Positions 46,059 to 55,893 of a stretch of 64,000 bases of DNA are shown one piece after another; the stretch's first letter is position 1; each line of letters begins with the position of its first letter. The DNA is from a virus. The stretch is from IMG/VR virus record IMGVR_UViG_3300042387_001967; one strand, written 5' to 3'. The notes under the pieces are model-generated. The model was not told the DNA's origin, did no database searches, and saw nothing but the letters and a program-made list of their open reading frames with translations. The position numbers and the translations under genes are program-made.

Positions 46059-46636
46059 GTTTTAGCGGAGCGTTCATACTCCGCGCGCAATTTAGCCGCC
46101 TCGTTCTCCGCCTGCAAGGTTTTTTGTTCAATCTCTTGAAGCAAGTCCGGATTGGTCGTCGTCTGAATCCGGTGCTGCTGGCAGAACTGCTCGTGCTCGA
46201 TCACCGGCGTGCTGAAGGATGCCGGCTTGCACTTCGGGCAGGACGCGATGTGGTAGTGCCGCCCGTTCTCAAACACGAAACCCGTCGCCTGCTTGCCAGG
46301 CTTGTAGAACCCCATCAGCGACCGGCATCCCAGACAGACGATGCGTGGCCAGTTCTTGAACTCCTTCCGGCAATCCTCACACAGCAGGTCCGTGTAGTTG
46401 ATGCCGGGCGCGATCATCACGCCCTTGCAGAACCGTCCGCTGTGCCACTTCACTTCCCACGCGATCACGTCCAGCAGCTTGCCGCAGAGGCACGGCTCGT
46501 AGCGCGTCAGCTTCAGATCTGATGCCGACTGAGTCGAGACGCCTCGCAGCATCTCCAGCATCGCGGGCGTGAGCTTGAAATCATCAGGCTGGTCAGTCAT
46601 GGCGGCAGTCGAGCAGCACACGCCGATGCAGTCCAT
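46055..46636 (-). CDS. zinc-finger protein
   Basis: CLC, CEDC, CLGC and CPKC; alternative start at 46600. Confidence 0.65.
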   Translation of the reverse strand: MDCIGVCCSTAAMTDQPDDFKLTPAMLEMLRGVSTQSASDLKLTRYEPCLCGKLLDVIAWEVKWHSGRFCKGVMIAPGINYTDLLCEDCRKEFKNWPRIVCLGCRSLMGFYKPGKQATGFVFENGRHYHIASCPKCKPASFSTPVIEHEQFCQQHRIQTTTNPDLLQEIEQKTLQAENEAAKLRAEYERSAKT

Positions 46637-46665
46637 CGGAATTTCGTCAGCCAGGTAAAGAAGAT

Positions 46666-46696
46666 GAAGAGCCGGGGACCATGTCCCCGGCTCTTC
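46666..46696 (-). terminator. 14-bp stem hairpin + CTTTACCT
   Basis: GAAGAGCCGGGGAC-cat-GTCCCCGGCTCTTC. Confidence 0.6.
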
Positions 46697-46738
46697 CCAC
46701 GCGAAGTCATTCCACGCTTATGCCCTGCGGCTCAGGTG

Positions 46739-46945
46739 TTACCCTTTGCCGTATCCTATGCGGGAGGCGGCATAAGCCGCGCCTCCCAAGCAGGCGAGTG
46801 CCGGTATCGACAAGACGATACCGTTACCAAGACCTTTCAGCACCGCCACGACGGCGGCAGCTGAGAAGCCTATGCCTGCCAGGATCGCCACCGCGCAAGC
46901 GGCAGCACCCAGAGCACCTATGATCATTTTGATGAGGTCATTCAT
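46739..46945 (-). CDS. small membrane protein
   Basis: 68 aa, two hydrophobic helices. Confidence 0.55.
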   Translation of the reverse strand: MNDLIKMIIGALGAAACAVAILAGIGFSAAAVVAVLKGLGNGIVLSIPALACLGGAAYAASRIGYGKG

Positions 46946-47146
46946 GTGCAATACATTATGACACGCCAGGCTGCGCTTTTGCAAGGAGCGCGACGCGTCA
47001 GTTAAGCGTGCCGTCGCCGCGGATGTCGCCGAACTGGAGGGCATACACGCCCACGAAATATGGGTCCGTGGTGCCGTAGCCGCTCTGGCACGCCTCGGCG
47101 CCTGCCTCGCGCAGCATGATGTTGCCGAGCTCGATCATTGTTTTCG

Positions 47147-47872
47147 TCATTGGTGTTTTGGCTGGGGTAGTCCGGCGAGCGCCCGCTGCAAACGCAGAAC
47201 GTAGGCGCGTAGAAACTCGAAGAATTCGTCCTCCGTCCTGGTCCACTTCAACGTGTTGCAGTCGTAGCAGGCGATGCGGAAGTTCGCCGTGTGGTGTGCG
47301 CCTCCTCGATCGCACGGGGTAGCGTGATCGACTGAAGTTGCTTCCGGGCGTAGTGGATCAGTGCAGTAGTAGCACTCACCTCGTTGTCGCTCGAATATCT
47401 GCAGCAGGTCTTGCGGTTTGCAGACGTAGTCCAAATCCTTCAGCGCCACTTTGCTCACCTTCACGCCGCGTCGTTTGGCCAACGCTTGTCGGCCGGCGGT
47501 GTTACACGTGTATGCTTTCTTGCGCCACCATGCCTCGTCAAAACCAGAAGACCGGCGAGAGTCCGAGTTGTAGACGCGCGTCAGACAAGTGTCGCATATC
47601 TTGTTCAACTTTTCCTGGCATCGTCGATTCTTTCTCGGTGAGAACTCGCTGAGAAGCTTATGTCGAAAACATTTCACACAGACACGCCGCCCAGACGCGT
47701 CGTCCGGCGCGGCTAGGAGTGCCAGCTTTTTATCTCGCCGCTTTTTCGCGATTTCCTCTTTGTTGTAGCTGCGGACGCACGCCAGACACCTCCCTTTGGA
47801 TTTGCCACCGGAATAGTGTATCGGCGCTCCTGTGTCGCAGTGCGGGCATATAGGATCGTTCATGGCGATCAA
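47147..47872 (-). CDS. HNH homing endonuclease
   Basis: CYYC..SVDHATP..GG..ANFRIACYDCN; N-terminal Cys pairs; start overlaps the polymerase stop. Confidence 0.88.
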   Translation of the reverse strand: MIAMNDPICPHCDTGAPIHYSGGKSKGRCLACVRSYNKEEIAKKRRDKKLALLAAPDDASGRRVCVKCFRHKLLSEFSPRKNRRCQEKLNKICDTCLTRVYNSDSRRSSGFDEAWWRKKAYTCNTAGRQALAKRRGVKVSKVALKDLDYVCKPQDLLQIFERQRGECYYCTDPLRPEATSVDHATPCDRGGAHHTANFRIACYDCNTLKWTRTEDEFFEFLRAYVLRLQRALAGLPQPKHQ

Positions 47873-50800
47873 CTTACACCATACGCAGTCTTGACGTCAA
47901 CAGGCTTCTGTAGGTGCCCCAAACCCGCGAGCATAAGCAGATTGGGGTGCTGCTCTAAAAACTTCAACTTGCTGGAAGGTGCGTGAAACTCTCGATCATC
48001 CAACGTCCGCTGATCCTCATCGTTCGGTCGTGTAGACCACCGGTAGTTGAACTCGTTCTCGATAGAGTAGCGCAGCGTTCTAGCTCCGCGCTCATCGTTG
48101 TAGTCCCAGGTGTTCAACTCAGACATGCAGAGCGTGTGTAACCGCGCGACGAGGAATCGCTCCTCTAGCGGAGCCAGCGTCACGACGGAGTCATATAAAC
48201 AGATCATCGGACGCGCTTTCATTCCCAGTCTACGATACGCCATCAGCAACCAGTTACACGCTCGCGCTGAGGTGCTTGCAACTGATTCCTGCATGGCGTA
48301 ATTCTTCATCTCGCGACCCAGGGCGCTGTCGATCGAGTTGCGCGTGCGCCAGCTCACGCCGCTACCGGCCGAGTGCGTCAGGCAGTGACGAATGCGTCCG
48401 GACGCTGCGCGATACATACCACGCTCCTTCGGCGTCCTGGCCATCTCCTCCAGGAACTCTGTCGCGCGCGGTTGACGTTCGCGTATAGCTTCCAGCCCAC
48501 GCTCGCCGGTACCCTCCTCCGGCTTGACGCCGGTGACAGCTTCGATCTGTCGCTCTAGCGAATTTTCAGAGGCGCCATAGGCGCTAGAAAAGTTGAGTAC
48601 CTTCCCGGCCGCTCTATCCTTCTTGGCCTTCATCATCTCGCGATACTTACCGTATGTGCTCTCCACCAGCGACCAGTGAATGTCGTAGCGAGTGTGTACC
48701 ACGGCGCCGGACTCGTCCCGCAGCAAATCGCTCTCCTCGACCTTACCAAGACACACACCATCCGCCCATACGTGCATCAGGAATTTCGGGTTTTGCGCAT
48801 TCTCCGGGATGCCAGATGTCTTCGCGTCAGTGAACGCCACCCTCACCACGGTCGCGCCATACATCTTACTCTTCAGTCTCGCCCACTCGGGGTCCGGATC
48901 AAACAGAATGCGCATCAGATCCTTGTCCCCGGAGATCATCGCCAGCGCGACCATCTCAGCCGTGACGTAATCGCTCTCGACCAGCACGTAGCCTTCCGGA
49001 GCCTGCACGCACGACCGTATCGACGGCAAGTCGTCTGCGTCCCTGTCGACCCATCGCAGCAGATTCTCCGGCAGGTCGCCTTCCTCGTGGGCTTCCTTCA
49101 CGCAGCGCGCCACAGACGCCGAGATGCGCCTGTTCACGAAGCTCGGCCAGTTGAGCACGTTTGGGAAGAACGTCCGCGGCCGGCCCGTCTCCGTCGATGA
49201 CGTCTGCGGGTGGATGCGGCCGTCGCTCTGCAGCCACAGGTGCAAGCCGTTCTCCTCGATGACTTCCTCGCCGGTGTCCTCGTCGATCTCGATCGTCGGC
49301 TCCTTCAGGAACGCCTTCGACAAGTTGCCGACGGCGTTCAGGTTCAGAAGCTCGTCGATGGCGGGCAGCTGCTCCGAGAGAATCGCGAGCGTCTGCTTGT
49401 CCACCGCGGGCTTGTAAAGCGACTGGCGGTCCTCAGGCAGCTCCAGCACTTTCTCCCACGCCATGGACGGCAGGCCCTTGGCCTTCTGGTTGGTGGACTT
49501 GATCGGGACGAGCTCCTCGAAGTCGAACAACCAGCGCACCATCTGGTCAGGAGACCGGATGTTGAACGCCGGGGAATCCTCCCAATGGGCGATCCACTTG
49601 TTCCACTTCGGCACCTCCGCGAGCTTGCCGGCGTCGAGCAGCATCTGCTTCACCTGCGTGCGCAGCAGCTCGCCGTCATGCGCCACGATCGCCGGCAGGC
49701 ACAGCTTAGTCGCCGCGACACCGAACGCCTTGATGAGCTTCGACCTGAGCTTCGACTCCGCCTCCGCAGCCACCCGTCGCTTGAACGTCTTGTCCAGACG
49801 CAGCTTCGCGAAGGTGAACAGGTGACGCAGGTCGTCCATCATCGAGATGTCCATCGGCAGCCCGGTCATGCAGAACTCGACGAACACGTCCGATGAGAAC
49901 GGACCGAACATGTCGCGGTAGTAGGCCCACAGCCGCTGCGCCTCCAGCTGCCGCTTGATCAGCGGGTAGGCACGATACGGCGTGATGACGTCAGCCGCAG
50001 CGTAGGGATGCAGGATGGCGCTCGGGATGAAGCCGTAGCCGCCCTTGCAGAGATCCTTATTCTCGCGCTTCCACATGACGAGCTCTTGGTCGTATCGACC
50101 CAGGCTCGTGTATTGCATTGCGATGCGCTCCAACCCGAGGTCCGAGCTTTCGTCGGAAACCTGCTGCGCAAACTCCGTGTCCATTTCCAGCTTCCCGTAG
50201 GTCTCCATCCCGAGCCAGTGCTGCATCCACGGGGCGTCCGCCGGGAAGTGGTGGCCGATGTAGCGGACGCCGAGGCGTGCGAAGGTGCTCGCGATCGGTC
50301 TGCCGATGGTTGCGTAGCGGAACCTGTCGACGACTTCCGGACACGTCTTCTCCTTTTGCAGCGCCGCCAGCCGGTTGGCCTCGACTATGAAGTGCACGTA
50401 GGCTTCCCTGCTTTCTGCTGGGTTCGGTGTTGGCATCTCGAAACTCCACTCACCCTTCTCGTCCCGAAACTCGATCACCACGGCGTCAGTCTCCGACCAC
50501 GCGAACTGAATCGTCCGAAACTTTCCGTCGATGTGCGTCCTGCCGTGCCACTCGCCGTCCACCGACACGAGCGGGTTGCCGTGCTCGTCCTTGAGTCCCG
50601 GCCAGCGGTCCTCCTCGACAAGCGTCTCCAGGTGGCTAAGCCAGTCCTCCAGTTCGTCCATGTTGCGAATCACCTGATGCGTGAAGGTCTGGCCGACGAT
50701 GTTACCGCCGTTGTCCAGGATCTCCTTGCGCCGGGCCGCCTCCTTGAAGTCGATGCGGAACATCTCGTAATACTCCGGCTTGCCGACCAGAAGCGACGGC

Positions 50801-51366
50801 GCATACATCACGTAGAGGTGCGCCTGGTGATCCTCTGACCAGAACCAGCAGCCGTGGGCGTCATCGAAGCTGATCTTCTGCGGGCTGAGCATGTCGAACA
50901 CGTGCTTGCCCAGGCAGACGATGATCTTCGGTTTCACGCGGGCGATCTCGTCCTCGAGGATCGGCATCCCCCACTTCATGATCTTCTTCGCCGGCTTCGA
51001 CCGCTGCGCGCGCGGCAGCAGCCACTTGCAGCACGCGGTGTAGTAGCACCGCTCCATGTCGATTCCGGCCCGCAGCGCCACGTCCTTGATGATGCCCGTG
51101 GACCCTTTCAGATACTCGGCCGGCTGCGGGATTCGCATGCCGAACACCGAGGTGGCCGCAGTCGCCGCCTCGTCCTCCTCAAGGGAGGACGTGACGAACA
51201 TGATGTCGTATTCCTCCTGCTTGTCCACCAGGGCCCGGCCTGCGACGTAGAGCACGCCGTCGATGTGTCGGGTCTTGGTCAGCGTCCTGGGGCACTTCGC
51301 AGCCTCGTCGTAGGGAGGTTGCAGCTCCTCCAGTGTCCGCCCGCGGCGGGATGGTGTTTCGCTCAT
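47869..51366 (-). CDS. polA: family A DNA polymerase with N-terminal UDG-like and 3'-5' exonuclease domains
   Basis: Exo VDGE and YAAAD; TETGR; motif A SDYVTAE; motif B RAAGKVLNFSSAYG; motif C LYDS. N-terminal RVKPKIIVCLGK resembles UDG family 4. Confidence 0.93.
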   Translation of the reverse strand: MSETPSRRGRTLEELQPPYDEAAKCPRTLTKTRHIDGVLYVAGRALVDKQEEYDIMFVTSSLEEDEAATAATSVFGMRIPQPAEYLKGSTGIIKDVALRAGIDMERCYYTACCKWLLPRAQRSKPAKKIMKWGMPILEDEIARVKPKIIVCLGKHVFDMLSPQKISFDDAHGCWFWSEDHQAHLYVMYAPSLLVGKPEYYEMFRIDFKEAARRKEILDNGGNIVGQTFTHQVIRNMDELEDWLSHLETLVEEDRWPGLKDEHGNPLVSVDGEWHGRTHIDGKFRTIQFAWSETDAVVIEFRDEKGEWSFEMPTPNPAESREAYVHFIVEANRLAALQKEKTCPEVVDRFRYATIGRPIASTFARLGVRYIGHHFPADAPWMQHWLGMETYGKLEMDTEFAQQVSDESSDLGLERIAMQYTSLGRYDQELVMWKRENKDLCKGGYGFIPSAILHPYAAADVITPYRAYPLIKRQLEAQRLWAYYRDMFGPFSSDVFVEFCMTGLPMDISMMDDLRHLFTFAKLRLDKTFKRRVAAEAESKLRSKLIKAFGVAATKLCLPAIVAHDGELLRTQVKQMLLDAGKLAEVPKWNKWIAHWEDSPAFNIRSPDQMVRWLFDFEELVPIKSTNQKAKGLPSMAWEKVLELPEDRQSLYKPAVDKQTLAILSEQLPAIDELLNLNAVGNLSKAFLKEPTIEIDEDTGEEVIEENGLHLWLQSDGRIHPQTSSTETGRPRTFFPNVLNWPSFVNRRISASVARCVKEAHEEGDLPENLLRWVDRDADDLPSIRSCVQAPEGYVLVESDYVTAEMVALAMISGDKDLMRILFDPDPEWARLKSKMYGATVVRVAFTDAKTSGIPENAQNPKFLMHVWADGVCLGKVEESDLLRDESGAVVHTRYDIHWSLVESTYGKYREMMKAKKDRAAGKVLNFSSAYGASENSLERQIEAVTGVKPEEGTGERGLEAIRERQPRATEFLEEMARTPKERGMYRAASGRIRHCLTHSAGSGVSWRTRNSIDSALGREMKNYAMQESVASTSARACNWLLMAYRRLGMKARPMICLYDSVVTLAPLEERFLVARLHTLCMSELNTWDYNDERGARTLRYSIENEFNYRWSTRPNDEDQRTLDDREFHAPSSKLKFLEQHPNLLMLAGLGHLQKPVDVKTAYGVS

Positions 51367-51375
51367 GGTTTCGGT

Positions 51376-51570
51376 TCAGTATGTTGGCGGTCCGGCTTCG
51401 AGCCGCAGCAGCCGCCGGTGGATGTCGATCAGCTTCTCCTCGGTGGTCTTCGCCATCCACGCAGCCAGCGCTTCGCGCTGTTCGCGCGCGCGGCAGTTGT
51501 TGCACTTGTTGTTGGTGAACGTCGTGTATTCCGCGCAGACGTCACAGTGTTGTCGTATCACGTAGGCCAT
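51376..51570 (-). CDS. small Cys-rich protein
   Basis: CDVC..CNNC. Confidence 0.55.
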   Translation of the reverse strand: MAYVIRQHCDVCAEYTTFTNNKCNNCRAREQREALAAWMAKTTEEKLIDIHRRLLRLEAGPPTY

Positions 51571-51573
51571 GAC

Positions 51574-52062
51574 TCAACCCTCCTGCATTCCGGTTGCGGG
51601 CAATTCGGCGATCATCGGCATCCGGCCCAGCGCCTCGCAGGCATCCACGTATGCGTGCGCCAAGTCCAGCCAGTCCTCGTCGGCGGCGCAACCCTGCACC
51701 TGCCCGTCGCGGTCTTCGATGACGCCGCCGCTGTTCTCGATCGTCCGCACCAATTTCATCAGCGCGGCCTCATAAGCGAACTCCTCCTCGCTCGACAGCC
51801 GGTAGTCAAGATTCCACTCGTCGTGGATGCACTCTCCGTCCTCCCCGCCGAGATGCACGCTGGCATACACCAGCCGCTCGCTCATCTCGCCGGCGACGCG
51901 GAAGAGCTCACTCAGGACGTGCTTCGCCTGCTGCTTGGCCTCCGGCAAATTGTTCGCGCGCCGGTCCGCCGACCATCCGGTAATGTGCCACGTCTTGCCT
52001 CTGCATTTCTCGACGGCCATCCGGTCGTAGCCGAGGATTGTGTATTTGGAGTCTGAGTTCAT
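51574..52062 (-). CDS. hypothetical protein
   Basis: 162 aa. Confidence 0.65.
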   Translation of the reverse strand: MNSDSKYTILGYDRMAVEKCRGKTWHITGWSADRRANNLPEAKQQAKHVLSELFRVAGEMSERLVYASVHLGGEDGECIHDEWNLDYRLSSEEEFAYEAALMKLVRTIENSGGVIEDRDGQVQGCAADEDWLDLAHAYVDACEALGRMPMIAELPATGMQEG

Positions 52063-52325
52063 ACGATTTCGCGTGGCGTCGGGACTCTTCGGCGGATGAT
52101 CCGGAATGATGACATCGCCGAGTCGGCACCGCAGGCGACGTAAATCGGATCTTTGACACCCAACAATTCTGCGGCGGTGTGCAGCAGCGCGACGATCTTC
52201 CCTTCGTCGATGTCATCCGGCAGGTGCATGTCGATTTGCGCAACTTTCACGAACTCGCGGTCGTTGCTGATGATGATAAGCTGACTGCCTTTGTTGGCGG
52301 CTTCTTGTATGCTATTGAGGTTCAT
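52059..52325 (-). CDS. small hypothetical protein between 43-bp direct repeats
   Basis: 88 aa, ATGA-coupled. Confidence 0.6.
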   Translation of the reverse strand: MNLNSIQEAANKGSQLIIISNDREFVKVAQIDMHLPDDIDEGKIVALLHTAAELLGVKDPIYVACGADSAMSSFRIIRRRVPTPREIV

Positions 52326-52419
52326 ATGGTTTCAGTCGTTGTTATTCGTAGGGGATTCCTAACTCATCGAGCTCCGGTCGTAGCCGAGGATTGTGTATTT
52401 GTAGTCTGAGTTCATGTGA

Positions 52420-52680
52420 TTATTGGCCGGAGACAGCCGGCGCGCTGAAGACTTCGATCGTCAGCGAAGCAGCGTGCTTGTGCACGTGCGCCGCTGCTTT
52501 GCGTCCGCCGACCGCCAAGGCCAGCGCACGTATAGAGTTACCCAGCGCAGAAGGGTCTACGCTCGATGCATTGTTAATTAGAATATCCGCGAGCTTGGTC
52601 CGCCCGCGCATATCCATCTTGTCGATTCGCAGTCCTTCGTTTGCCGCTCTTTCGACAGCGGCGTGTATAGATGTGCTCAT
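52420..52680 (-). CDS. hypothetical protein
   Basis: 86 aa. Confidence 0.55.
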   Translation of the reverse strand: MSTSIHAAVERAANEGLRIDKMDMRGRTKLADILINNASSVDPSALGNSIRALALAVGGRKAAAHVHKHAASLTIEVFSAPAVSGQ

Positions 52681-52723
52681 AGTGTGTTTGTTGTTATTCG
52701 ATCAGTTTGTTATCGATCATGCG

Positions 52724-54445
52724 TCACGGTACGATGTTCGGCGGTTCGGCGTCAGCATTGCCCTCGCGGATGCTGCGGTAATACCGCATGACGTGCGGGT
52801 CCACCTTCGCCACGAAGTCGTCCTCGGCGAGTATCAAGCCCTCCGGCGACCGCAAGCGGGACAGTCCTACGTAGACGTGCCCGGATGCAAACGCGCGGGA
52901 AAGCGCCAGGATCGCGCTGTCCATCGAAAGGCCTTGCGATTTGTGGATTGTGATCGAGGTAGCCGGGATGAGCGGGAACTGCCGCACCGTCGGATACAGG
53001 CTAATCTCCGGCGGCAGCTTCGGGTTGTCGATGTTCATGCGCCATGAAGGCGGAACGACGATTAGTTCCCTCGGGTCCTGCTCGCGTGTTCGCGTGTAGT
53101 TGTGACGATATAATGCCACAAGCCGTTCCTCGTCCTCCGGCTTGCGCCCTGGGACACCGATGACGATGTTGTCCTCGTCGTAGCTCTCACTGTCGCGCGG
53201 CAAAATGTTGATCTCGCGCACGAAGCCGCGCGTGCCGTTCACGAATCTGCCGTCGGGGTCGTTGACTGTGAACATCACAGGATACCCGATGCGCACGAAC
53301 GTCCGCTTGTCCAGCAGGCGTCGCTGCAACGCTTTAGTCAATTCATCCTTCACGCCTTCGACGTTCTTGGTCTCCCAGTCCTTCATCTGTTGCACCCCGG
53401 GCACGATGCAGAACTCTGCGTCGAGTGGTTGCGTGGGGGCCGGATAGTGTTCCAGCGCCTGCGCGTTGATCGCTTTCGCCTGTTTGTTGGTCGGCACCAG
53501 AAACGTGTAGAACCGCGTCTCCTCCAGCGTCATGTCCTTGCGCACAAACCTTCGCGCATACGCCCGGTCGTCCTGCGTCGTGATGCCCACGCGAATGTTA
53601 TTAAGGAACTCGACGAACCGATGATCGCCCTGCCGAAACACCTTCGTCAGCGCGATCGGTTTCACGCGTGCGTCGTCCCATGCGCGCGCCAGGAATGCCC
53701 AGTCGGGACGCTCATCGTTCATACCCTCCTCGACCGGAGGCAGCTGCGCGAAGTCGCCGATGAATACCATCTGCAGCCCGCCGAACGGCTGCTCGTTGCC
53801 GCGGATACGCTTCAGCATGAAGTCCAGGTAGCCGAGCATGGCAGCGCCGGAGAGCATGGAGACTTCGTCGAGCAGCAGCACCTCGTGAGCGCGCAGCCGC
53901 GCCAGCACGCCGTGGCGCATGAACGGCTTGATCTTCGGATCAGTCATCCAGCGCTCGTAGAACATCTCATACCACGCGTCCAACTCCTCCTTGCTCATGT
54001 CCGCCGCCCGCGGCACATCGGCGCCTGGCCGCACGTCCGCCAGGAACTCGCACATTTTCTTCGGGTAGCACGGCGGCCAGTCCGGCCCCAGGCCAATCCC
54101 GAAGAACGAGTGCATGGTCTTGCCGTCCAGATGGCTGCCGGCGATGCCGGTCGTAGCTGTGACTGACCAATGCATGTTGCGATAATCCAGCTCCGGCATC
54201 ACCACAGCCTTCACGAACGTCGTCTTGCCGACGCCAGCACCTCCGGTGATCAGAACGTGCCGGTGCTCGGTGAAGATGGACACGAGAGCATCCAGATGTT
54301 CTTCCGTGCCCTCGAACCCCGGAGTGTTCTTCTCGTAGTATTTCAACCGGGCTGCGAGTTCGGCGCGCTCGATGCGTTTGCGACGATTCGGCGCCTCGGC
54401 GAACGGGTCTTCCGCCGTCTGTTTCAGGAATAGGCTCAGGTCCAT
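52724..54445 (-). CDS. PIF1/RecD-like SF1B helicase
   Basis: TGGAGVGKT, ATTGIA, TMHSFFG, LDEVSM, FGGLQMVFIGDFAQLPPV, VFRQ, TIHKSQG and YVGLSR. Confidence 0.93.
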   Translation of the reverse strand: MDLSLFLKQTAEDPFAEAPNRRKRIERAELAARLKYYEKNTPGFEGTEEHLDALVSIFTEHRHVLITGGAGVGKTTFVKAVVMPELDYRNMHWSVTATTGIAGSHLDGKTMHSFFGIGLGPDWPPCYPKKMCEFLADVRPGADVPRAADMSKEELDAWYEMFYERWMTDPKIKPFMRHGVLARLRAHEVLLLDEVSMLSGAAMLGYLDFMLKRIRGNEQPFGGLQMVFIGDFAQLPPVEEGMNDERPDWAFLARAWDDARVKPIALTKVFRQGDHRFVEFLNNIRVGITTQDDRAYARRFVRKDMTLEETRFYTFLVPTNKQAKAINAQALEHYPAPTQPLDAEFCIVPGVQQMKDWETKNVEGVKDELTKALQRRLLDKRTFVRIGYPVMFTVNDPDGRFVNGTRGFVREINILPRDSESYDEDNIVIGVPGRKPEDEERLVALYRHNYTRTREQDPRELIVVPPSWRMNIDNPKLPPEISLYPTVRQFPLIPATSITIHKSQGLSMDSAILALSRAFASGHVYVGLSRLRSPEGLILAEDDFVAKVDPHVMRYYRSIREGNADAEPPNIVP

Positions 54446-55108
54446 TTACTCGCCCTCCTTTTTGTCGGCGCGCGCCTGCGCTGCGGCGTCGGAATACGTC
54501 CCATCCTTGTAGCGGGCGTTCGGTCCTCGCTCAAGCTTCACGATGTTGAGTTCGCGCAAGCGGTCTTCGTCGATTTCCAGCAGCCCCGCCATCTCACGCA
54601 CGACCCAGCAATCCTGCAGCAGCAGATCCCTGAGTTTGTCCCGGTCCAAATCTTTGCGATAGAACACGTGCTTCTTGATGACGTCCAGGATGTGGCCCGC
54701 CAATACGGAGTGCATGCTGATGAGGTTGCAGAGAGCGTCATCCGGATACGGGCACGAAGGCGGACCCCACGGCATCGCCCACGACGCCGGCATTGACAAC
54801 TCGGCATCGCCTAGCTGCACAAAACCCGCGGCGATTCGCAACGCGCCCTCGTAGAACAGATGGTCGCCCAGCTCCTCGATAATGTTTTCGGCATCCAACT
54901 TCGGATGCAAGATCGACGACAACTTGAAGCCGGACATTCTGACTCCGATCGCCGCTTTTTCAAGTTCCGCCGCTTCGGTGGCGATGCCTACGGCGGCGTG
55001 CAGCATCGAGAGTGCGTCTGCGGTGATCCCCGTGATGATCTGATCGCCGCCCTTGAAGAGGCGCGCGATCAGGTCGAGGTGTGCGGGTGGAATAGTGAGT
55101 GGGTTCAT
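54446..55108 (-). CDS. MazG-like nucleotide pyrophosphohydrolase
   Basis: LHAAVGIATEAAEL, EELGD, KKHVFY and NIVKL. Confidence 0.75.
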   Translation of the reverse strand: MNPLTIPPAHLDLIARLFKGGDQIITGITADALSMLHAAVGIATEAAELEKAAIGVRMSGFKLSSILHPKLDAENIIEELGDHLFYEGALRIAAGFVQLGDAELSMPASWAMPWGPPSCPYPDDALCNLISMHSVLAGHILDVIKKHVFYRKDLDRDKLRDLLLQDCWVVREMAGLLEIDEDRLRELNIVKLERGPNARYKDGTYSDAAAQARADKKEGE

Positions 55109-55893
55109 CGTTTGAGTGTAGTGGATTTGTTCTTGTTGTAGGAGAACTGGACGTTCTCCCGCTTGAGCCGTTTGATCGCGTCCGAGCCTGTCGAGCCAGC
55201 TTTCTGCGCGCCGTGAAGAAGTAACGCGAAGTCATGTCCGTCGTCCGCCCTCGCGTGACTGTCGTCGTGGTCAATCTCCAGCCCGAGCCGCTCGGCCTCA
55301 TCCGGGTGGAAGACTATCCGGGCGCTGCGCAGCTTGTTCGGTTCGATCAGGCTGTCCCACTTTCCTCCCCATGAAGCAGTCAGCACGAAGTTCTTCGGTA
55401 CCTTCTTGCGGTGGGCGATCCAGATCGGAAGGCTTTTGGTGTAGGCATAGAACCACCGGTTCGGGTTGCTGCGCGCCGCCGCCATCCAGGCCAGAAAATA
55501 ATCCTGGTGGTAGAAATCCCCGTCCACGTGCACCCGCACGTTGTGCAGCCATGCCGCGGGCAGGGACAGGTCGATGATGTTCGTCATCCGTTCCGTGGTG
55601 CGCGCCTCCTGTAGGATGGCCAGATTGCGATCCACAGACGCGCGCAGCGTCGGTGTGTAAGCCTCCATCGAGGCGGCGAAGCAGCGATGCTCTGACTTCG
55701 GTCCGTCGACGAGTCGTTTTTCCTTGCGGTCGAACCACGCCAGACACTTCTCGGCGCCTGGGCATGTGTAGCCGGCCGGCAGTGAGAAGGTGGCAGTGCC
55801 TTCGATTTTTGCGTTGCCGATACCGAAGAAGAGCGTGCGACGCTCTTCAGGATACGGAGGCTTGAGTTTATTGAATGGTGAGTAGGTAGACAT
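55105..55893 (-). CDS. phage gp88-like protein
   Basis: FSLPAGYTCPGA..C..CFA, RVHVDGDFY and YAYTKS. Confidence 0.75.
   Translation of the reverse strand: MSTYSPFNKLKPPYPEERRTLFFGIGNAKIEGTATFSLPAGYTCPGAEKCLAWFDRKEKRLVDGPKSEHRCFAASMEAYTPTLRASVDRNLAILQEARTTERMTNIIDLSLPAAWLHNVRVHVDGDFYHQDYFLAWMAAARSNPNRWFYAYTKSLPIWIAHRKKVPKNFVLTASWGGKWDSLIEPNKLRSARIVFHPDEAERLGLEIDHDDSHARADDGHDFALLLHGAQKAGSTGSDAIKRLKRENVQFSYNKNKSTTLKR

Noticed and set aside
52020-52415. Diversity-generating retroelement TR/VR pair
   Set aside because: Only one mismatch in 43 bp, located at a gene 5' end, and no reverse transcriptase in the window.
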